This document shows, one piece after another, positions 49,106-60,296 of a stretch of 64,000 nucleotides of DNA; within the stretch, counting starts at the first letter, position 1, and each line of letters opens with the position of its first letter. A program made the translations under genes and the position numbers. The stretch spans positions 88,699,728 through 88,763,727 of the forward strand of contig NC_057718.1 in assembly GCF_004010195.1 (NCBI RefSeq), in the 5' to 3' direction. The stretch is from Chiloscyllium plagiosum (taxonomy: Eukaryota). The notes below the pieces were generated by a model. It was not told the origin of the DNA, searched no databases, and saw nothing but the letters and a program-made list of their open reading frames with translations.

Positions 49106-50034
49106 TACTGAATTCTGCTGTTACTTTCCAAATCTCTGGTATTTTTTCCCCCTTGCAGTTTAATGTTTTGAATGCTTCTATTGGGTTCCCACCACTACCA
49201 CCATGCTGAAATGAATCTGATCGGAGTTACAAATGACATGCTGTGTGATTGGCAAAGGGAAATTTTCCTTTCAACCCGAATACAACCTTTGATACATTTA
49301 TCCTATTCTCCTCTAACACCTCACCATCATTATCCATTTGGGTAGGAATTTTAAAAAAAACTAATCTTGTGTTAAAGCTTTTTCCTTCTTTTACAGGAGG
49401 CCGTTAGGTAAGTCCAGAACTTGGCATCAAGATTTCCTGGCACCGATTCACACATGGATGAGATGTAAAGACTCCCGAGTAATATGGCAAACTTTATTTT
49501 GCTGCCTCGTAATTTTACTGGAGTTCAGAATGTGGATATCCGCTAGTTCAGTAGGAGCACGGTTGCAAAATCAGTCCTTAATTTTGTACTTTCAACAGAA
49601 ATGTTGGGCTTAAAAGCTGTGATATCACTTTTTGGGAGAAAATAATTACTTTTATCCAATTTTTTTTAGATTCCCTACAGTGCGGAAACAGGCCCTTTGG
49701 CCCAACAAGTCCACACCGACCCTTAGAAGAGCAACCCACCCAGACCATTCCCCTACATTTACCCCTGACTAATGCACCTAACACTATGGGCAATTTAGCA
49801 TGCAGGAAGTTTGTGAAGTTTAACTAATTTTCCAGGTACAGCTTTTCAGCCAGAGTTCTTAATTGTTATTCTTTGTGAATTTTGTTAATTCCTGCATTAC
49901 TCCTCCTCCTCCTCAGAACATTATCCACGCCAATCAAGATGGAACAGTATTTATCACAGAAACCTGTGTGAATGGTCACTCAGTCTCTGTCAATCATGTC
50001 GTTGTGTCCCACCTCCAGATGCTGTTGCAACCCT

Positions 50035-50058
50035 GTTGCCATGGGAGACCCTGGTAAC
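50035..50058. promoter_or_regulatory. RFX X-box-like site upstream of the putative CCDC170 exon 1
   Basis: GTTGCCATGGGAGAC (reverse: GTCTCC-CAT-GGCAAC) followed by GGTAAC, at the edge of a small CpG-rich patch. Confidence 0.55.
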
Positions 50059-50164
50059 AGTGCAGCCGGAGGCAAGGCGATAGTTTCAGGCCGGCAGTCG
50101 CCCAGCTCAGAGTGTGAGCTTATTGCTGGCTGGACCTTTGTCCTCCTCCACTCGCCCGCTCCCA

Positions 50165-50293
50165 ATGTCTGGCAGCAGAGGGGCGGACTCGGGCTCCCCG
50201 GTCCCGGAGCTGATCGATGTTAACAGTAACCGTGCGCTGCGCTCGCTGGGCCGGGTGTCGAGCTCCCCAGCAGCCGGCCACCGAGTGCCCGAG
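50165..50293 (+). CDS. CCDC170: Probable first coding exon of CCDC170 (assigned by synteny)
   Basis: CpG-rich patch. ATG at 50165 gives MSGSRGADSGSPVPELIDVNSNRALRSLGRVSSSPAAGHRVPE, ending at a strong phase-0 donor GAG|gtgagt. Position and strand match CCDC170 downstream of ARMT1. I recognise no direct similarity to human CCDC170. Confidence 0.55.
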
Positions 50294-50474
50294 GTGAGTG
50301 GACCCTCATTCAACACCAGCCCCTTCCCTGGGCGGGGAGCCGCTTGAACAATGAGGATAGTGAGTGACTTTATGTTTATACCACCTAAAGGGGAGACTAC
50401 TTCCTCACAGCAAATTCTCTCAAACAGCACCGTGAGAACTAACAGATCATTTAGGGGTTCTTGTGGTGCAGTGA

Positions 50475-50797
50475 ATCATAGAATCCCTACAGCGAGGAAA
50501 CAGGCCATTTGGCCCAACAAGTCCACACTGATCCTCCGAAGGGTATTCCACCCAGACCCATTCCCCTGCCCTATTACTCATACATTTACCACTGACTAAT
50601 ACACCTAACCTACACACCCTTGAGCACTCTGGGCAATTTAGCATGGCCAGTTCACCTAACCTTCACATCTTCGGATTGTGCGAGGAAACTGGAGCACCTG
50701 CAGACACGGGGAGAATGTGCAAACTGCACACAGACAGTCACCTGAGGCGGGAATCAAATTCGGGCACTTGGGGCTGTGAGGCAGCAGTGCTAACCCC
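50475..50797 (-). mobile_element. HE1-type SINE
   Basis: Reverse complement of the SINE family. Partial copies also at 3045-3120 and 49666-49802. Confidence 0.85.
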
Positions 50798-51789
50798 AGT
50801 GGTAGTGTCCTGACATCTGAGGCAGAAGGCCTGGGATTAAGTCCCATCTCTCTCGAGGTGTGCCATAATCATCCCTGAACAGGTTGATTTGAAAAGAAAT
50901 CTAACAACCAGATAACCTGCTTTTATTTTTGTGATTGTGATTGAGGGATATATATTGGTGAGAGGACACCAGAGATACTCTTCTTGGGTCTACTGTTCTG
51001 AGTGGGTCACATGTTATTCAAGCCAGAGATGGAGGGGCTGATTTACCGAGTCATTAGTGGAAAAAGCACAAATGACAAGCCTGAGTCTCAAAATTGAAAA
51101 AGGAGGTGGAAACTAAAGGTTGAAGAGTGGTCAATTTAAATGAGGTATAGGACATTTGGCCCAGATTAGCCAGAAAGCAGAGGAGACCATTCAGATACTA
51201 TATAATAGATCTTGAATTTATATGACTGTAAAATGAGCGATGCTGAGTTGACTTACATCCCTCTTACCACAGGTTCTTAAAAGCAGCAGTTGAGAAAGTT
51301 GGAGTCATGATTTTCAAAACTCTCAATTCTGCAGTTTTTCTCCGTTGGATAACTGTCAATATCACTTTCTATTTTAAGAAAGGAAGAGAAAATAAACTCA
51401 AAATCAGTCAGCTGTGGAGAAGTCACTGGCATGAGGAATAGACTATCAACTGATCAAAGAGATTCTGATCAACTGATCATGTCTAATGAACCTAGTTGCA
51501 TATTTTGAGGAAATAACAAACCTGGTAGATATCAGAAAATATTCAACAAAATTACACACATGAAGCTGTAAACAAAAATGAAAAGACGTTGGAATAGAGG
51601 CAACCTACTAGCTTGGATTAGAGGTAACAGACAAAGATTAAGGATATTGGGGGATGAGCCCTAGGAGTTCAAGTTGCTTTGCCAACAGATTTTCTACATG
51701 CACATTGTGATCTGGGGTTATAGTTAGTGAGGGTAGAAGCTCCACTCCTCTTTCCATCTCACAGCTGACCAAGTAGCTTTGTTCTTACC

Positions 51790-52677
51790 GGAGAAAGTGA
51801 GGACTGCAGATGCTGGAGATCAGAGCTGAAAATGTGTTGCTGGAAAAGCGCAGCAGGTCAGGCAGCATCCAAGGAACAGGAGAATCGACGTTTCGGGCAT
51901 AAGCCCTTCTTCAGGAATGAGGAAAGTGTGTCCAGCAGNNNNNNNNNNNNNNNNNNNNNNNNNNNNNNNNNNNNNNNNNNNNNNNNNNNNNNNNNNNNNN
52001 NNNNNNNNNNNNNNNNNNNNNNNNNNNNNNNNNNNNNNNNNNNNNNNNNNNNNNNNNNNNNNNNNNNNNNNNNNNNNNNNNNNNNNNNNNNNNNNNNNNN
52101 NNNNNNNNNNNNNNNNNNNNNNNNNNNNNNNNNNNNNNNNNNNNNNNNNNNNNNNNNNNNNNNNNNNNNNNNNNNNNNNNNNNNNNNNNNNNNNNNNNNN
52201 NNNNNNNNNNNNNNNNNNNNNNNNNNNNNNNNNNNNNNNNNNNNNNNNNNNNNNNNNNNNNNNNNNNNNNNNNNNNNNNNNNNNNNNNNNNNNNNNNNNN
52301 NNNNNNNNNNNNNNNNNNNNNNNNNNNNNNNNNNNNNNNNNNNNNNNNNNNNNNNNNNNNNNNNNNNNNNNNNNNNNNNNNNNNNNNNNNNNNNNNNNNN
52401 NNNNNNNNNNNNNNNNGCACTGCCTTCCTAACCTGCAATCTTCTTCCTGACCTCTCCGCCCCCACCCCATTCCGGCCTATCACCCTCACCTTGACCTCCT
52501 TCCTCCTATCGCATTTCCAACGCCCCTCCCCCAAGTCCCTCCTCCCTACCTTTTATCTTAGCCTGCTGGACACACTTTCCTCATTCCTGAAGAAGGGCTT
52601 ATGCCCGAAACGCCGATTCTCCTGTTCCTTGGATGCTGCCTGACCTGCTGCGCTTTTCCAGCAACACATTTTCAGCT
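51790..52677. mobile_element. Penelope-like family B inverted-repeat insertion spanning a gap, 15-bp TSD
   Basis: Near-identical inverted arms. Hammerhead cores at 51887-51914 (minus, intact) and 52587-52614 (plus, GTC changed to GCC). AGCTTTGTTCT(T/G)ACC at 51775-51789 and 52674-52688. Confidence 0.85.
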
Positions 52678-52920
52678 TTGTTCTGACCATCAGCCATTGC
52701 CATGTATTGGAAGGATTTTCAGGGTGACATTTGATTTAATCCTTGACCATGAAATGTAGGATGTCACTGTTGGCCGGAATTTGTGGCTCAGAGGCAAGGA
52801 TGCTGCTAGTGAACGACAAGACTTCTATAAGAATAATGGGCCCTTACTCCAATTGGCACGATTTAATAGGTGGTGCCCTTTAAGGGATCTCTACCGTAGT
52901 GTCAATGTTGAACTATTATT

Positions 52921-53707
52921 AGCAAGTTTGGAGAAGATTTGTAGCTCAGGTTAAGGTTTTGGATGTAAGTTTGCTCGCTGAGCTGGAAGGTTTGTTTTCA
53001 GATGTTTTGTCATCATACCAGGTAACATCGGTGAGCCTCCGGTGAAGCACTGGTGGCATGGCCCGCTTTCTTATTTGCATTTAGGTTCCCTTGGGTTGGT
53101 GATGCCATTTCCTGTGGTGTTGTCATTTCCTGTTCTTTTTCTTAGAGGGTAATAGATGGGATCCAAATCGATGTGTTTGTTGATAGAGTTCCAGTTGGAA
53201 TGCCATGCGAAGTCTCACACGTGTCTCTGTTTGGCTTGTCCTAGAATGGAGTGTTGACCCTTGCAAGAACTGTAACAAACACTACATCAGACAAACAGGC
53301 AGAAAACTAGCCACCAGGATACATGAACATCAACTAGCCACAAAAAGACATGACCCACTATCACTAGTATCCTTACATACAGTTGCAGAAGGACACCACT
53401 TTGTCCATCCTAGGACAAACCAAACAGAGTCACGCAGGAGAATTCCTAGAAGCATAGCATTCCAATTGGAACTCTCTCAACAAACACATCGATTTGGATC
53501 CCATCTATCACCCTCTTTGAAAGAGACCAAGAAATGACATCACCACCCTAGGAAATTACATCACCCACCCAAGGAAACCTAAACACATAAATAGAAAGTG
53601 GGCCATAACACCAGTACTTCACTGGAGACTCACTGATGATGTTACCTAATATGGTGACGAAATGTCTGAAAACGAACCTTCCAGCTCAGCGAGCAAACCT
53701 GCATCCA
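52921..53707. mobile_element. Penelope-like family A inverted-repeat insertion
   Basis: Centre encodes PCKNCNKHYIRQTGRKLATRIHEHQLATKRHD. Hammerhead CTGATGA-T-GTTACC-TAATAT-GGTGAC-GAAA-TGTC at 53633-53666. TTG(A/C)ACTATTATT flanks both sides. Confidence 0.85.
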
Positions 53708-54544
53708 TTTGCACTATTATTTAATCTCAATCATTTATGCATTCAGAATGTCAGTGTTAGAAATGCAGGGTCAGCCAGAACAATTCTAGAGCTGACTAAG
53801 AGAAAATGATATTCGCTGGATTCTATAGAGTTATGTCATAATATCTCTGAACAAAGTTGATGTAAAAATAAGAGCTGGATTCTCCCGAGTAGCCATCACA
53901 AGGTCCGGGCAGCAGACTGCAGAGGAGGGTCATCATTCCTGATTGTCTGCCCCTCTTCCTTCGTTCTTACATTTAAAATAAAACGTAAGGTCAAGAAATA
54001 TTTCAAGTCTAGGGCTATTGCTGTGAAAATTATTAAGCTAGCTATGGAAATATAGCTGAGAAGTGAAAAAGTTTGTTGAGGCAAAAGGAGGGCATTTAGA
54101 AAGGAAGTGAAAGAAAAGAGGAATTTTTTTGTTTACTAATGGGACATGGTCATTTCTGTCTGGACCAACATTTATTGACCATTTCTAGTTGCTCTTGTGA
54201 AGCTGTTAACTAGCATCAGATCATATCTCCCGGAAGGAAAGGAAGAAAAAGATTACAAAACAATTTATTGAAACTATTGCTATTCATACTCAAAGCTGTG
54301 TGAATTTAAAGTAAAAACATATTACTGTAAACAATTACAAACAATTTAGCAGGTTCAAAAATGTATCCTTAGAAAATGAGGCACAGATCAAGCATATGCA
54401 GTTCATTCATTAAATTACAGATTGGATTGTTGTTTGTCTTTCTCTACATTATGAACCTGTACTAAACCATATGTGTACATCTTTCATGTATAATGTCACT
54501 GTGCTTTTTATATTTTCTTTAAAAGCAATTTTTAAAAAATTCCC

Positions 54545-54912
54545 ATTTTAAACAAATATTTGACAGATTGATCTTACATTAAGATTTCCAGTACCAGTTC
54601 CCATGGATCTTCAATAGTTACCACTGAAACAATGACAATCCATGTCTGCTGGCTTGTCAAAACCTCTTGCCATTCCAGAACCCTCGAGATCCATATTGCC
54701 ACCCATTCTATTACTGCTTTGGCCCATCAGTCCATTCCAGGTTCCATGTGGTCAACATTTGATGTCATTCCCAGAACTCGTGTCCATTCTGTCCATTCTC
54801 CGATTAGTTCGATCCATGCCTGTGCCCATTCAATCCATTCCAGGTCTCATGCCATCCATGTTATCCATAACAATGCCTCCACCCATTTTATTTGTTGCTC
54901 CCATTCCAATAC
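54545..54912 (-). pseudogene. HNRNPM: Decayed hnRNP M (HNRNPM/MYEF2 family) exon fragment
   Basis: Minus strand: GIGMGATNKMGGGIVMDNMDGMRPGMD*MGTGMDR...MGGNMDLEGSGMARGFDKPADMD...NVRSICQIFV*N. This has GMDRMG-type repeats and the CQIFVRN start of RRM3, with four stops and two frameshifts. Confidence 0.75.
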
Positions 54913-55410
54913 CTATGGTGGGCAAAACATTTTAACAAGGCAAAAAATGGCATTTGTGCTCAAATTGTATCAGGGCAGATGCAGAAACAGGTGTCCCTCT
55001 TAAATGGCTTTTTAAACATCGCATCAAAGGTCCCTACATATCCACTTCAGTCATCTGCATAATTAGTATAAAGGACAATACATTATTTACGTTGATTCAA
55101 GTCTCTCATTCTTTCTTGTAGCTTTATTCAATGTAGCATTATACTCTAACACTAGGGGGAAGACAGCATTTCACTGTGCATGTAATTCAGAGGCTGAGGC
55201 TCTGGAGACGGGTTCAGATCCCACATAGCAGAAAGTGAAAGTTAAATTCTAGTCCCAAATCTGGAATGGAAAGCTTGTCTCAGTGATGGTGCTCTGAAAT
55301 TACCATCTATTTTCATAAAACCCCATCTGGTTCACTAATGACCTTTAAGAATTGCTCAATCTGACCTACAGAACCATGGTAACATAGTTGATGTTCAACT
55401 GCAACCCACT

Positions 55411-55701
55411 TAGAGTCATAGATTGCGTGCAGAGTAGATAGAGGCCATTCAGCCCATTAAGTCAGCACCAATACCCCTATCCTCATAATCCTGTGTTTCC
55501 AATGCTAACCCGTAAATATTATGGCCAATTTAGCATATCTAATCTACATAACCGGCACATCATTAGACTCTGGAATGAAACTGGAGCAGACACGGGGAGG
55601 ACATGCAAACTCCACACATGCAGTCACCCAAAGCTGGAGTCAAACCTGGATTGCTCTCGCTGTGAGGCAGCAGCGCTAACCACTGAGCCACTGTGCTACC
55701 C
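55411..55701 (-). mobile_element. HE1-like SINE inserted in an older SINE-like repeat (about 55180-55770)
   Basis: gcagacacggggaggacatgcaaactccacac...gaggcagcagcgctaaccactgagccactgtgctaccc. Confidence 0.75.
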
Positions 55702-56529
55702 ACATTGTCCTTCATTCAATGCCAATAAGGAATGGGCAAGAAATATCAATGATGCCCATGTCTCATGAAAGAATAGAAACACCAGCTCACTTTCCATTCC
55801 TTTGGTGTTGCATAAATGCAGTTTGACAGCAAAGGTGCATTTTTTAGTGCCATTTTTAAAGTGTATTCTGGAATATTTGATATTTGCAACACATTTATTT
55901 CCTCCACTTGTAAAACAAATCTACATGGGGAACAGTTTTCAGGTGAACAAATCTTGGCTTGAAGGCAGGACGAATGTTTATGCTTCATCTAGCTCATTGA
56001 ATTTTCAGATGAGCTGTCATCTTTGGAACATTAACTAATTTACTGAGCTGTAACATCGAAGTACATTAACTCTTTAAGTGTGTGCAGTTGTGTGAGGAGC
56101 TATTAAACTTGTCTGCTCAGTTTGTAAAGAGGAGTCTTATCACTGAACTGGTGAGAGAAATAATGTACCTTGCAAAATAAATTTTGAGTAGTGACACTAT
56201 GTAGAGGAGATTAAATGTACAAGGTAACTGTACCTTGATAAAGTGCAAACTACTTAATTAATGTTTGTGTCTACCTTCAGGCTAGGATATCATTATAAGC
56301 ATTTATTTTAATTTCAATACAAATGAAAGCTATTCCGGTGTTAGTATGAGTCAGGAATGCACCAAACCCTTTCCTTAACAAGTGTCCATTCCCCACATAT
56401 TGTTTGGTGGAACAGCTACTGTTGCCTATTAATCAATCTTAGTTCACTTTTCTGATCATAATTGGTTTGATTCAAGCATCATGACTGACGTAGTCTAGGG
56501 TTACCGCTGCATTTTGTGGTCATGATATA

Positions 56530-57140
56530 TAGAATCATCCAGCATGGAAACAGACCCTTCGGTCCAACTAGTCCATGCTGACCAAGTTTCTCAAACTACA
56601 CTAGTCCCACTTGCCTGCGTTGGGCCTGTATCCCTCCATTTCCTATTCATGTACTTGATCAAATAACTTATAAATGTTGTAACTGTACCTGCATCTACCA
56701 CTTTGTCTGGCAGTTCATTCCATATGCAAACCACCCTCTGTGTGGAAAAAGTTGCCCCTCCGGCCCCTTTTAAATCTTTCTCCACTCGCCATAAAAATAT
56801 GCCCACTAATTTTGAACTATAATGGGGAAGAGACCTTTGCTATTCACCTTATCTATAGCCCTCATGATTTTATAAACCAATACAAGGTCATCTTTCAACC
56901 TCTACAAATCCAGTGAAAAACATCCAAGCCTATCCAGCCTCTCCCTATAATTCCCAACCATTCAGTCTCAATGACATCCTCACAAATCTTTTCTGCACCC
57001 TCTTCAATTTAATAATATCCTTCCTATAGCAGGACAACCAGAATACTGTTCACAGTACTCCAAAGGTGACCTCACCAACATCCGCATGACGCCCCAGCTC
57101 TGATATTTAATGGTCTGAGCAATGAAGGCAAACGTGCCAA
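56530..57140 (-). mobile_element. CR1 3' fragment
   Basis: TQRVVCIWNELPDKVVDAG on the minus strand. Confidence 0.85.
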
Positions 57141-57216
57141 ACATTTACAGAAGTTGCTTATTGAATTGTGAAAGGAGAACCTATCCAACTTTATAACTGC
57201 TAGATTAATTTTTCAG

Positions 57217-57293
57217 CTCCAAGAGCAACTTAATGCAATGAAGCGCCAACTGACCGAGAAAGATGAATTAATTGCCACACTCGCTGGTGGAAG
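57217..57293 (+). CDS. CCDC170: Probable second coding exon of CCDC170 (coiled-coil)
   Basis: aatttttcag|CTC...AG|gtaaga. In frame with the 50165-50293 exon. Encodes LQEQLNAMKRQLTEKDELIATLAGG with heptad-like spacing. Unique sequence between repeats. Confidence 0.65.
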
Positions 57294-57696
57294 GTAAGAG
57301 TTCAGTACTGAAGTATATTTAGGATCTGTGTATTTGCTTCTGCTTAACTGTGTGTGTAAACTAAGACAACATGTAGTTGAACAAAAGGAAGCAGCAATGA
57401 CCAGATGCATAATACATACAGGAAACCTTCCAAGACCCATCTGAGTAGTATTACCTAACCAAATTTCACACTGAGTAATAAGGAAACATTAGAGCAGATG
57501 GCTAAAAGTACAGAGCTTTAACTGAGTATGTTGAAGAAAGAATGCAAGGTAGAGAGGCAGTGAAGTTCAGGGGGAGGATTCCAGAATTTATGACCTTTTC
57601 AGCTGAGGGCATAGCTGTCAATGATGGAGCAATTACAACTAGTGATCCTCAAGAATCCAGAACTGGGGAAGCATGGATATCTGAGGATTGAGAGTC

Positions 57697-58285
57697 AGAG
57701 AGTCATTCAGCACAGAAACAAATCCATCGGTCCAACCAGTCCATGCCAACCCGAATTCCAAATGAAACTAGCCCCACCTCCCTGTGTTTGACCCATATCC
57801 CTCCAAATATTTGTTATTCATTTATTTATCTAACTGTCTTTTAAATGGTCTAACTGTACCTGAATTCACCACTTCCTCTGGAGGTTCCTTCCACACATGA
57901 ACCACTCTGTATAAAAGAAAAAAAAATTGCCCCTTGTGTATTTTTAAAATCTTTCTCCTATGACCTTAAAAATATGTCCCCTAGTCTTGAAATCCCCCAC
58001 CCTTGGGAAAAGACATCTGCCAATCACCTTGTCTATACCCTCATGATTTTATAAACCTCTATAAGGTCACAAACCAACCTCCTTTGCTCCAGTGGAAAAA
58101 GGTCCCAGGCTGCCCTTATCACTCAAACCCTCCATTCTCGGCAACATCCTGGTTAATCTCTTCTGAATCCTCTCCAGCTTAACGATGTCCTTCCTGTAAC
58201 AGGGAGACCAGATTGGACGCAGTATTCCAGAAGAGGCCTTGTCAACATCCTGTACAATCTCAACATAATGTCACAACTCCTACGC
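57697..58285 (-). mobile_element. CR1 3' fragment
   Basis: Reverse complement of CR1 3' ORF2 and UTR. Confidence 0.8.
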
Positions 58286-58385
58286 TATAAGTCGGAAAGA
58301 AATTGCACAGATAGGGAGGAGCGGGGCTATGGAGAAATTCAAAATTGAGGATAGAATTCCAAAATCATGGTGGTTCTTACCAGCA

Positions 58386-58617
58386 GTCAAGAATAGAGCA
58401 GTGCTGGAAAAGCACAGCAGGTCAGGCAGCTTCCGAGGAGCAGGAGAATCGACGTTTCAGGCAAAAGCCCTTCATCAGGAAGGTGATTCTGACGAAGGGC
58501 TTTTGCCCGAAACGTCAATCTTCCTGCCACTCGGATGCTGCCTGACCTGCTGTGCTTTTCCAGCACCACTCTGATCTTGACTCTAATCTCCAGCATCTGC
58601 AGTACCCACTTCTGCCC
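58386..58617. mobile_element. Penelope-like family B mini-palindrome with back-to-back hammerheads
   Basis: Inverted arms around ~58484. TTCTTAC(C/T)AGCA at 58374-58385 and 58621-58632. Confidence 0.85.
58485..58520 (+). ncRNA. Minimal type I hammerhead ribozyme motif with complete stems I and II
   Basis: GATT-CTGACGA-A-GGGC-TTTT-GCCC-GAAA-CGTC-AATC. GATT pairs with AATC; predicted cut after C58516. Confidence 0.75.
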
Positions 58618-59968
58618 TGTTTCTTACTAGCAACAAATGCAGGTCAGTGAACACAGGAACAAAGAATTGGACGTCCTGTCAATCCAGATATAGCAGCTGT
58701 TTTAGTTAGAGTGGTGATATGTAGATAAGAAATGGGAGGGCAGCCAATGATGGATCCCTGGGTGGGGTGGGAGACGGGGTTGGTGGTGGGGTGGGTAAGA
58801 GAAGCCATGACAGTAGTTTTCTGACCACAATTGGATCGATAGGGGTGGATTTAAATGAGTGCCATCCACCAGCTGGGTGACAGTGGAGAGGCATTGAACC
58901 AGGATGGTGTGGCTAACTGTGTCACTAAGTAGAGACAGATCGAGGTCAAGGACGGATAGTTTGCCCTCATTGCTGTCTCATAAGATGTCAGTAGTGCGTT
59001 TAATAAGTATCATTATGGTGTTGTGGTAAGGACAATGACCTGATCAGTGGAAATCAAACATTTGGAATTCCAGGAAAGATGGATTTGGGAGGCAGTAGCA
59101 AGTTCTGCAACTTTAGAGAGGAAAAGAATGTTCGGAGACTGGATGTAAACTAGAGAAAAATGTGAGTTTAGAGGGAGAGCAGGAGGAAGTCTCGGAGTAA
59201 GATTTTCTTAATGAGATAGCAGAAAAGAGGGAGGAGCAGCCAAGGATGGTCTCAATCTTAATGACACAAAAATCCGTGAGTTCCTGTACCTGTTGGTGAA
59301 GGTGAAGATGGAGGAGACAGCGATGAGGGTTTAAGAAGACAGTTTCCAGAAAAGGATATAATATGAGATTATTGATCCTGGATGATCTGGAACATTTCAG
59401 TAGAAAAGATTTGTGTTGATAGCGGGTCTTTCATTGCCTCAGTAGTTCCAAATCACCTTACAGTTTGGAAGTGTTTTTGCAGCATAGTCAGTGTTGTGAT
59501 GTAGGGAATGCAGCAAATTTGCACACAGCAAAGTCCTGGAAATGCCATTGTGATAATGACAAGAGATTCTCTTTTAGTGATGACCAAAACATGGTGGAGA
59601 AGTCTCCTGATTCCTTTAGAATAATGCCACGGGATCCTCTACATCCAGCTGAGAGTGTGGATGGGGCATCCTCAGCATGTCCTGTTGGATGTTTATGCTG
59701 TCCCTCCATTTCTTGGATCATAGAGCTCTGTGTTGACTGGATGTGTGGTTTGACCTGATCATGTTCTAGCTGTAGCCCTGTTCGTGCTAGGGCAATGCTT
59801 TGCTATTGGCAATCTAAGCCTAAATGGTCCAGAGTTAGGCAGGAGTATGAATGCCACTAAAGGAAATAGTTTGTAATCCCATATTGGCAAGCACAGCTCT
59901 ACCAAGTGGCTTGACTTGGGGATTGTTTATGTTTAAGGCATTTTGTTGACCAAGGAAGATTTTGTATC

Positions 59969-60296
59969 TGGGGGCGGCATGGTGGCTCAGTGGGCCCCAG
60001 GTTCAGTTCCACCCTCAAGCGACTGTCTTTGTGGAGTTTTTACATCCTCCCCATGTCTGCATGGGTTTCCTTTGGGTGCTCTGGTTCCCCCCCACAGTGC
60101 AAGCATGTGCAAGTTAGGTGGATTGACCGTGCTAAATGGTCCATAGTATCCAGGAATGTATTGATTTAATGGATTAGCCATGGAAAATGCAAGGCTACAG
60201 GGTTAGGGTAAGAGGGTGGTCTGAGTGGACTCGGTGGAGGGTCTGTGTGGACTCGGTGGGCCGAATGGCATGCTTCCACACACTAAGGATTCTATG
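59969..60296 (+). mobile_element. HE1-type SINE (diverged)
   Basis: ggggcggcatggtggctcagtgg head, V-domain, and tail gattctatg. Confidence 0.8.

Noticed and set aside
54632-55003. Plus-strand His/Ser/Ile- and Pro-rich ORFs (123 and 97 aa)
   Set aside because: Antisense shadows of the hnRNP M-like Gly/Met repeats on the minus strand.
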